A DNA stretch of 64,000 nucleotides from Chloroflexota bacterium (lineage in GTDB: Bacteria > Chloroflexota > UBA11872 > VXOZ01), in NCBI GenBank assembly GCA_963663275.1, contig OY760183.1, forward strand, positions 1,856,001-1,920,000. Direction: 5' to 3'. A model generated the notes under the pieces. It did not search any database. It was given only the letters and a program-made list of their open reading frames with translations, and had not been told where the DNA came from. Of this stretch, positions 38,951 to 48,200 are shown piece by piece (the first letter of the stretch is position 1; each line of letters opens with the position of its first letter). The translations under genes were made by a program, and so were the position numbers.

Positions 38951-40033
38951 CTACCGGCTGCTCGCCTCTTCATAGGCTTTCGTGAAGACGTCGATTACCC
39001 GGGGCGTAATCTCGTGAATGGTGTTCCCTTGTCCAATCTTGAGTGGCTCAATCACCGCTTCAACGAGTTCAATTGAGTTTGGGGCGTGCCGCTTGAAGAC
39101 GGACCTCCATACCGAGATGTAAGGCTGCTGATTGTCGTTCCAGATAGTCACCAAGCCAGCGTTGTCTGGCATAATTCGAGGCAGCAGCGTGTAGCGGTTT
39201 ACGCCGGCGAAGGAAGAGAGACGCACGTTTGGCAATTCGGCTATCTGCTCCGCCCAAGCAATTAACTCCTCAAACATGGCGCGGGCTTCATCGGTTGCGC
39301 CTACGACCGACGCCCGAAACGCAGCGGAACCATCTGACTCTATGCCTTCGACCTTTTTGGGCGGGCTCCCGCCATCGCTTACAAAGGGTATCGCTGCACT
39401 GAGATCAGGTGAGACGCGCTGTGGCAAGGCGACCTGTGCGCCATTTAATTCGTAGACTGTCAGGGTGATGAGGTCAATCGTCAGCGCCTGGATGGTCATT
39501 GCGTCCAGGTAAGCAACGAGCCTTTCTAATTCAGCCGGCACTTCGTCCAGCACAAGAACCAGTCTGAAGTTCCCCCGGTCAAGAAACTCTTGCATAGAAG
39601 CGGTGAATGAATCAACATCCACTGCACCTTCCTGGTCCTGAGACTGTACGGCATTCAAGATGGACGCATATCCTGCATCTGCGAGGGGCCTCCTGAGAGG
39701 TCCTTGCTCAAGTCCTTCGACCGTTAATCCATGTAGGAACGCCGCGTATGACATGATCTGTGACACAATAGCTCGACGCGCCTCCGAACTCTTGGCTAGC
39801 TTCACTTCAATGATGGCGGGGCGGCCCGACGACTCTACCGCCACCAGGTCCGCGTAGCCGATTCCCAAATATACTTCGGATCCCAATACACTGAGATTTG
39901 GCGAACCGGCGAGTGGCAGAAGCCGAGGGTTCTGTTCTATCAGTGTGTGTAGGGTGGCTTCATCTTCAAACGCCTGGGGCGAACCCAACTGCCATCCTTC
40001 CCCTGTGTTCGTCCATATTCCGGTCATACTCAT
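38951..40033 (-). CDS. Hypothetical protein with N-terminal NucS-like PD-(D/E)xK nuclease domain
   Basis: E..LH.LIE.NP, E......ADLVAVESSG.PAIIEVK, R.IVSQ..SYAA; lower GC; start re-called to 40033. Confidence 0.75.
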   Translation of the reverse strand: MSMTGIWTNTGEGWQLGSPQAFEDEATLHTLIEQNPRLLPLAGSPNLSVLGSEVYLGIGYADLVAVESSGRPAIIEVKLAKSSEARRAIVSQIMSYAAFLHGLTVEGLEQGPLRRPLADAGYASILNAVQSQDQEGAVDVDSFTASMQEFLDRGNFRLVLVLDEVPAELERLVAYLDAMTIQALTIDLITLTVYELNGAQVALPQRVSPDLSAAIPFVSDGGSPPKKVEGIESDGSAAFRASVVGATDEARAMFEELIAWAEQIAELPNVRLSSFAGVNRYTLLPRIMPDNAGLVTIWNDNQQPYISVWRSVFKRHAPNSIELVEAVIEPLKIGQGNTIHEITPRVIDVFTKAYEEASSR

Positions 40034-40586
40034 ACCTCGTGTGCCACGACTACCCAATTTGCAACTGACCAAATTCGATGTGCAAGTATCGAAGCGAGAC
40101 GGCATTCCTCAGCCCATTTCTAACCATTCAATTGTACATCGATTCGTCATGAAAAGGCGGCGTTGGGTAGCTTCCAAGTGGCGATTACTGTTGGAGCACT
40201 TGGCCTCCGGGTGCTCTGCACTCGGAGGCCAAGTGCTCGGTCAAAAACGGTATACATGGCAAGTTTCAACGCAGATTGCGGCAGGGCTACGCTGCCTACA
40301 TTCGCCGTGAAGAGGACGGCCCTAGCCTGTGCGTTGTCTTGGAATAGGTAGCTACGAGTCTCGCAGCTACTAGGATGAAGATTCTGCACAATTGCAGCCG
40401 ACCTGGACGCATGGCGGCCTGCTTGCGCGGAATGCCGTCAGCGTAGATTGTGTATGATGCTAGTGCGCCACTGGGGGCGAGGGTGTGGAGAGAGGGGTTT
40501 GCCGCGGGTAGGCTTAGGGCGGTGGCGGCGGGAACTTGGCGCGTGGACGTTGGGGACTTCATCGATATGTTCAAGGAGCAAGGCAC

Positions 40587-41324
<738 letters not shown>

Positions 41325-41358
41325 CCGGCGGCAGGAGGCCCGGCGCGCTTACTGCTCT

Positions 41359-41430
41359 GGCGGGGGATAAGCCCCCGCGCTACGTTAATGCTTGAATGAA
41401 ACGTAGGGGCGGTTCGCGAACCGCCCCTAC
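41359..41430. repeat. Two REPs (GGCGGGGGATAAGCCCCCGCGCTAC and GTAGGGGCGGTTCGCGAACCGCCCCTAC)
   Basis: Read directly. Confidence 0.85.
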
Positions 41431-41475
41431 ACGTTGGCCTCGTTCACAGAAGCATGTCGGTTGCGCCGGGGTACG

Positions 41476-41988
41476 CTACGGCGGCGTCTCGCGATCACTT
41501 TCGACCAAGCGCGTGGCGGTTTCCTCAGCGTCGCCCAGTCCAATCGTGGCTGCCGCCAGCGCCAGCCCGATCTGCAAGAGCACGCCCGCGGCCAGGATCG
41601 GCGTAACGCCCACCGCGCCTGTGCCGATTTCCCACCAGCGTTCGAAGACGGACATCGACTCCCAGCGGTCGGTGTAGCGTCCGTCCAACGGCGCGGTATC
41701 GTAGTTTGCCGCCAGATGCTGCCAGATGCCCACTGCGGCCATGATGACCGCCGTCGCCGCCATCGCGCGGGCGAGCCGGACCGTCAGTCGTGAAACGCGC
41801 GCCAGCAGGGTCGCCAAGCCAACGCAGACTCCGCCGAGTGCCGCCCACGGCAGCGCCTGAATCCAGTCGTGCCAGTGGCGCGCCAACGCCAACTCGCCCG
41901 CCGTGCCGATTACGCCGAGCGCCGCCAGCGCCAGCAACGCCGCCCGCAAGAGTTCGGCGCGTCCGTTTTGCCTGATGCGTTGAATCAC
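41476..41988 (-). CDS. Four-TM hypothetical membrane protein
   Basis: Hydrophobic segments with ELALARHW, GIWQH...NY, P.LA.G; GTGA overlap with the upstream gene. Confidence 0.8.
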   Translation of the reverse strand: MIQRIRQNGRAELLRAALLALAALGVIGTAGELALARHWHDWIQALPWAALGGVCVGLATLLARVSRLTVRLARAMAATAVIMAAVGIWQHLAANYDTAPLDGRYTDRWESMSVFERWWEIGTGAVGVTPILAAGVLLQIGLALAAATIGLGDAEETATRLVESDRETPP

Positions 41989-42431
41989 GGTAAGTGCAAC
42001 TGCCCAACGATCGCGTCCACGACGCCGGGGCCTGGATTGTACTTGGCAAGCTCAGCGCGCAGTTTCTTGAACTCCGTATCGTCCGCGGGGTAGGGACGGT
42101 ACTCCACCACCTCGTGCGCCCATTTTGCCGCGTTGCTGATGCCGGCGGCTTCGAAAGCGGCCGCGAGTTCGTCTTCGCTCGCGTTGTTCGCCGACAGCGT
42201 TTGCGGTTCACTCTCGCCGGCCGCCGGCGATGCCGCGGTCTGGCTCGCCGCCGTATCTGTGGCGGCGGATTCCGAATCCCCGCCGCATGCGGCGCTCATC
42301 AAGACCGCGAACGCCAAGAGTGCGGCCAAGGCGAAACGGCCGAGCGGGATGCGGCGTTCGCCGCCGTTCACGGTGAACACTCGCGCGACGCTTCCGCGCC
42401 CCCTGAACGGGGCCACTGCAATGAAACCCAT
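41985..42431 (-). CDS. Hypothetical lipoprotein with helix-hairpin-helix-like C-terminal domain
   Basis: Lipobox MSAAC; SANNAS.DEL....EAAGI.NA.KWA.EV.EYRPY. Confidence 0.75.
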   Translation of the reverse strand: MGFIAVAPFRGRGSVARVFTVNGGERRIPLGRFALAALLAFAVLMSAACGGDSESAATDTAASQTAASPAAGESEPQTLSANNASEDELAAAFEAAGISNAAKWAHEVVEYRPYPADDTEFKKLRAELAKYNPGPGVVDAIVGQLHLP

Positions 42432-42519
42432 GGTATGACTCCTCGTTTCATTCGTTTCTGCACGGTGATCCTGGCAGCGGGCGCGTGCTGCGCTGTACGG
42501 CGCCTCTTCTCGCGCCTGC

Positions 42520-44007
42520 CTACTGCCGCAGCATCTCCTGCATGGCGATCGACACCTGCTGGGCCGCCTCGGCCACGCTGCTTTCGCCGCTCAAGATCGG
42601 CGTCATGAGGTGTTGCATGAACAAGGAATCCAAGTAAGGGGCGAGCAGAGGCGGCACGCCGCGGCTGTAGCCGAGCGCGTTGGCGATGATGGTGGCGTCC
42701 TCGATTCTCAAGCTGGGCCGCACCTGCTTGATGCGTTCGCCGCTTACGTTATAGACCGGATAGCCGAAGAAGGACACGGGCAACTGGGAGAGTTCACGGG
42801 AGAGCACCATGGCCGCCTGCGCCGCCAGTCCCGTATCCTTGGCCTGCGCGCCCACGCCGATGCCCGCGGTCGGCGCCACTTGCGTGGCCTGGCGCGCGTC
42901 GACCGGCAGCGGCGCGGCGTGGATTTGCTCCGCGCCCAGTCCTTGCCTGCCGCCGGAACGCACGGCCGTTGCCAGGCGCGCCGTCGCGCTGGGCTGCGCG
43001 CCGCCGCCTCCCCCGCCGCCGCCACCGCCCCGCTGGGGCAGTTCATCGAAACTGAGCACTTGCATGCCGTTGCGGTTGGAACTCATGAAGGCGAAGGAAC
43101 CCGCCGGCGGATTTGGCGCGATCTGGTGGAACGTCATCATGTCGCGCCACATTTCGATGCCCTTGAGCGCGGCGGGTTCGGAGAGCCGAACGGCGCCATT
43201 CTGGGCGTCGAAGACTTCGCCGCCGTGACTCCAGATGAGGCTGAGCAGCATGGGCACGGAGGCGTGGGCATACGTTCCCCACTGCCCGCCATCGTCATCG
43301 CTGAAGGTCAGGCTCTTGCCCGCTTCGATCATCTGCGTCCAGGTCCAGGCGCCGGTGGGCGCCGGCACGCCGGCGTCGGCGAGCAGGACCGCGTCGTACG
43401 TCAGCGTGTTGATGGAACTGGAGAGCGGCAAGACGAGCACTTGGCCCTGCCAGGTCACGGCCTCCAGCGCCCCCGGGGCAAACGCGGAAAGGTCGATGCT
43501 GCCGTCAACGCGGGTGGCCTGCTCGAACGGCTCGATAATGCCTTCCTCGAGGAGGAGCGGCAGTTCGCGTATGGTGCTGATCATCAGCAGGTCGGGGAGC
43601 GGGTCGCCGCTGGCCATTTCCCCGCTGGCCGCCGCCTCGTTGAGCGTTTCGGCAATCGGACTGAACGGCGTGGGCGTCGGCTCGGCATTGTTGGCCGTGC
43701 CAAAGAAGGCGGCAAAGTTGAACGCCGGCCCCGGCGGCACGACGGTCAGATTGACCTCCATCCGGAAGCCCAGGTTCTGGTCGTTGATTTCGTTGGCGGC
43801 CGCTTGGACGTTGGCCAGGATGTTGCCGGCCTGGGCGGCCTGAAAGTTGGCGCCCTGCCCTTGTCCCTGGGCCAGAAAGACCGCTACGCTGACCGTCTTA
43901 TCGCCGGAATCCCCGCCGACCAAATCTTCGAAGAAGCCGCAGCCGGAAGCGATGCTTGCCGCCAACGGCACGCCACCGGCCACCTTGAGAAACGAACGTC
44001 GCGTCAT
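42520..44007 (-). CDS. Tat-exported lipoprotein, carbohydrate ABC-type solute-binding protein
   Basis: TRRSFLK Tat motif, IASGC lipobox, LPDL, G...LP......L.YD..LL.DAGV..P...WTW. Confidence 0.85.
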   Translation of the reverse strand: MTRRSFLKVAGGVPLAASIASGCGFFEDLVGGDSGDKTVSVAVFLAQGQGQGANFQAAQAGNILANVQAAANEINDQNLGFRMEVNLTVVPPGPAFNFAAFFGTANNAEPTPTPFSPIAETLNEAAASGEMASGDPLPDLLMISTIRELPLLLEEGIIEPFEQATRVDGSIDLSAFAPGALEAVTWQGQVLVLPLSSSINTLTYDAVLLADAGVPAPTGAWTWTQMIEAGKSLTFSDDDGGQWGTYAHASVPMLLSLIWSHGGEVFDAQNGAVRLSEPAALKGIEMWRDMMTFHQIAPNPPAGSFAFMSSNRNGMQVLSFDELPQRGGGGGGGGGGAQPSATARLATAVRSGGRQGLGAEQIHAAPLPVDARQATQVAPTAGIGVGAQAKDTGLAAQAAMVLSRELSQLPVSFFGYPVYNVSGERIKQVRPSLRIEDATIIANALGYSRGVPPLLAPYLDSLFMQHLMTPILSGESSVAEAAQQVSIAMQEMLRQ

Positions 44008-44246
44008 TGCCACCTTGCAGTACCCCCTCGCGCGCAATCGCGCATTCTTGCGGTTACCGACCGCATACTCCTACTCCGCCCGTCTCGCGCGGAGAAACTC
44101 TCACACGCCTCAGCGTCCCACACTGCACGTTACACGGGGAATATCAAGAAAGTGTGAATGTGGGCCGGCGGCCCGTGGGAAATGGGACGATCGTTGCCTC
44201 AAGCCGGGCGCAAACGCGGGCTTGCCGCCGGAACAATCCGGCCGCC

Positions 44247-44732
44247 TCACTCGTGCAGCGTGCGTATCATTGCGATTTCGTCGCACTTGGAGAACTTCGG
44301 GCAGCGGTAGCATTCCTGCCAAACCTTGATAGAAAGCGTGTCGCGTTCCACGCGGCGGAAGCCGCACTTTTCGAAGAAGCGGGGTTCCAGCGTGAGCGTG
44401 AAGACGGTCTTGATGCCAAGGGCGCGGGCTTCGGCGACGCAGGCGTCTACGAGTTGGCGTCCGATGCCTTGTCCCTGGTACTCCGGCAGCACCGCCAGGC
44501 CGCGCACCTCGGCCAGGTCTTTCCACATGACGTGCAGGGCGCAGCAGCCGGCCACGGCGTCGTCCTGCCGCCAGACCACGTAGTCGCGGATGCCGCCGTA
44601 AAGCTCCGCCAGCGAACGAAAGAGCATGCGGTTCTGCTTGGCGTAGTAGTCGATGATCTGCTTCATTGCGGGCACGTCCGCCACTTGCGCCCGTTCCGCC
44701 GTGCTGGTGTCGATGAGCCGTACTGTTGCCAC
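44247..44732 (-). CDS. argA: GNAT N-acetyltransferase, short-form amino-acid N-acetyltransferase (ArgA-like)
   Basis: ML.RSL.ELY..IRDY, LAEVRGLAV, QGQGIG, VFTLT....FF, KVW.EC..CPK...CDE.A. Confidence 0.8.
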   Translation of the reverse strand: MATVRLIDTSTAERAQVADVPAMKQIIDYYAKQNRMLFRSLAELYGGIRDYVVWRQDDAVAGCCALHVMWKDLAEVRGLAVLPEYQGQGIGRQLVDACVAEARALGIKTVFTLTLEPRFFEKCGFRRVERDTLSIKVWQECYRCPKFSKCDEIAMIRTLHE

Positions 44733-45002
44733 GTTGCCGAATCCTTGAATGCCTGAGAGTTTGTCGCCGGATAAGAGAGAAGAGCCTACCTTAACCATAC
44801 TAACGCAAGCGTCAACATCGTGAAAGCGAGAGAGGCGCGTTTGGAAATTGACCGAGGCAGGCAGGCCAAGTCTGCCTGATTCATGCGATTGACGCCAATT
44901 ACACAGGTGTAGGGGCACGACATGTCGTGCCCCTACACCTGTGTATCGGGTCTTGATGGGGATGGTGATCCCATTAATGCCCCGCAACCCATCGATCTCC
45001 CA

Positions 45003-45182
45003 AGAAGGCGGGGGACAAGCCCCCGGGGTACGGGATGGGAGAGCCCCAGGAGGCGGAGGACGAGCCCCCGCGCTACGGGGATGAGAGAGTTCTAGAAGGC
45101 GGAGGACGAGCCCCCGCGCTACGGGGTGGGAGAGTCTCAGGAGGCGGGGGACGAGCCCCCGCGCTACGGGGTGGGAGAGTTT
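45003..45182 (+). repeat. Tandem array of four 45-46-bp REP-containing units
   Basis: Units start at 45003, 45048, 45094 and 45139: AG(A/G)AGGCGG(G/A)GGAC(A/G)AGCCCCCGCGCTACGGGG.TGGGAGAG. Confidence 0.9.
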
Positions 45183-45254
45183 ACCGATTCAGTGGGAGAC
45201 TGGGAAGAGGCTAAGGCACTGGGAAGAGGTGAAGGCAATGGTAGTCGGGGGCGC

Positions 45255-48200
45255 TTAGTTTGGTTCCACGCGGTAGATTGTGACCCGTTCGTTGCGGAAG
45301 ACGGGGATGATGCCGAGGCCGGCCATTTGCTCGAATTTCTCCAGGCCGGCGCCGGTGTAGTAGGCGCGTTCCAGGTCGCCCAGGTAGACGTAGTCCACGC
45401 CGTATTGCCGCAGCAGCGCCAACGCCTGGGAGAGGTCGGCGGTCTCATAGATCGTCTGCACGTCCTGGCGGCGCTGCTCGATCATGGGGCGGTATTCCGC
45501 GCGCTGGAGCCATTCGTGGGAATCCCAGCCCAGCACCGCGGGCAGGCCGGTGTGGATGGAGACCCGCGCGCCCCAGCGGAAGTAGGGGATGGTGGCTTCC
45601 AAGACCGTGGGCGTGCCATCCACGTGATCTTGCAGCCAGCGGATTGCCTCCAGATCCCACTTGAGGGGGATTTGGCGGTCCTGGTCCACAATCACGGCCT
45701 GCTCCATGAACGCCGCGCCGTCCAACGTCCTCAGTTCCGGCACGAGCCGTTGCTCGGCGCGGTCAGGCACGGCCGAGAGCGGGTAGACGAGGCCCACCAG
45801 GACCAGCAGCGCGCTCACGGCTAGTAGGGTGCGCCGCGTGATGGCGGATGCGTGCCGCCAGATGAGCGGCAACGATACCGCGGCCGCCAGCGCCAGCAGA
45901 TTCCAGGCCTGGAGATAGAACTTGAAGACGGTGTTCATGCGCCCTACGTCGCCCTCGATGGCGAGAAACTCAGGAAAGATGCCCAAGAGCGCCGCCAACG
46001 CCACCATTCCGGCCACCAGGCGCGCGGGACGCGCCCCGAGGGATGGGGAGGACTGCGGCGTTTTGCGCCGTCGTTTGCCCGAGCGCGGCGGTCGCGCACT
46101 GCGGGATTCCTGGGCGGTATGGGGCGCAAACGCCACTACCAGCGCCAGCGCCATGACCACCAGGAGCGCCAGCACGAGCGGCCGCTGCACCAGCCAGATG
46201 CCAAGCGCCGCCAGCAGCACGATCAAACCGCCTACCAAGCGCAGATCCACGGTGGCCCGCCAGCGTGGCAGCGCGCACCACAGGAAGACGGCGGTGAAGA
46301 AGAGCGGTACGGCGTGAATTACCAGGTACTGCCACAGCGGCGTTTGGTCGTCGATGCCAACGATGCCGAGGAAGAAGGTCTGGTAATGGTCGAGGTAGGG
46401 GCCGAAGGCGATGCGCCCCACGAGGAACAAGCCGAGGGCAGCCGTCCCCACCCGCACCCACGCCGGTATCTCCAGGCGCATGAGGCCCCGGCGCTCCACC
46501 AACACCACCGCTCCCCCTATCAGCAGAGCGTAGGTGGGGTAGTCCCAGGTATTCGCCGTACGGAGAAAGCCGAGCACGAAACCGCCGAGCAGCAGCAGCG
46601 GCAAGGTTGGAAAGCGCAGCAGCGGACGCAGCCACGTCAGTACGGAAGAACCGGCGGCCCGGGCCGCGTCGTCCTCGTCGGTGCGGTAGCTGAGGACGAA
46701 CGCCAGGGCAAGCGCGGGCATCAGCATGGTAAACGGCAGCGCCAGCACGTGGGGGTGAAGGTCGCCGTAGAGAAAGCTGAAGAAAGGGAACTCGTGGATG
46801 GCGCCCTCGATGAGGCGCGTGCTGTGCCAGTAGTCGAAACCCGGCGCCGGGCGGCCCCGCAGGATGTTGCCCAGGGCCTCACCCAGCCAGGCGAGGCCGG
46901 CGGGCGCGGCGCCGTCCTCGCCGCGCAGGCGCGCAAACCATTGCAGCGCGCCGTCCGCGTTGCCCAGCAGCGCCGCGAAGACGATTGCGCTGAGTCCGGC
47001 CAGCAGGCGCATCTTGCGTTCCGCCTGCCGCCAGACCGCGCTGCCAAACGTGTAGAGGTTCGCCGCGAACAGCGCCGCCACCAGCGGCACGACCAGGTTG
47101 AAGGCCACGGACGGCACGATGCCGAGCAGGCGAATCAGCGTGCTGAACACCTGATGCCCCATGTAGTAATAGTTGATGTATCCCCCGGCAAACCAGGGGT
47201 CGTAGGGCGGGTATTGACCGGCTTTGACGAGGGCGTTCATGTGGGCGAAGTCCATCGGCTTTTCGCCGCCAAAGTAGGGATGCCAGAGGTCGGGATTGGT
47301 CAGGCGCACCCACAGGAAGAAGAGGAACGCGCCACTGAAGACCGCCTCGCTGATGAGTATTTCCGCGCGGTGTTCGCGCAGAAACTGGGCAAACTGCCCC
47401 CGCGCGCGCCGCACAAGCCACGCGCCGGCCGCGGCGAGCAGCGCGAAAGTGAGCCAGGTCCCGGCGCGGCCGGCGTTCAGCAGGCCGCTGCTTCCCATCA
47501 AGAAGGGCACGTACGCCAGCAGCAGCAGCCCGACGCTCTTTGCCAGCAGATAGCCCCGGTCCGGCATCATGGGCAGCATGGGCCACAGCAGCGGCCACGC
47601 AAGCCAGCCAATGAGCAGCACCGCCAGCCACCAGACCAGCCACGGCGCGGCGTTGACGATGCCGTCACGGTTGAAGTAGGCGGACCAGGTGCCCCGCTCC
47701 GCGACTTCCGACCGCCGGGCATCGGTGAGCATGAGGCCGTTGTAGGTCAACTGCTGCGGCGAGAGGGCATGGTACAGGGTCGTCAGGTGGGGCGCCAGAA
47801 GCGCGCGCACCCGCGCCGGATCATAGGCGGCGGTCTTCTTGAAGAGGTAGACCCCCGGATGGTCGAAGACCTTGAATTGCTCCTCCGCACGGCTGTCGTT
47901 GATTTCCCAGCCGAAGAGCCGGGGATAGCCGGTGAAGGCTTGAGCCGGTTCGAAACCCAGGCTGCCGGCGAAGAGATGACGGTAGTAATGCCCCATCATG
48001 GGGAAGCGCGCCGGCAGGCCTTGAAGCGTGGTGTGGGTGCGGCCGCTGCTGATCACGACGTAGTCCGCCTGATTCAGCGCCTCGATCATCTCATCCAGCT
48101 TGCCGGCGTTGTCCGGATAGAAGACGGGAATCTGGACGTACTTGTACCGCTCCGGGGCCAGTTCCTGCCCCGGCAGCCGCAATGGCAGCCCGTCGTCCCA

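Noticed and set aside
45003-45182. CRISPR array
   Set aside because: The 'spacers' are ~20-bp near-identical linkers, the repeat is a REP dispersed across the window, and no cas genes are present. No CRISPR array is supported anywhere in this window.
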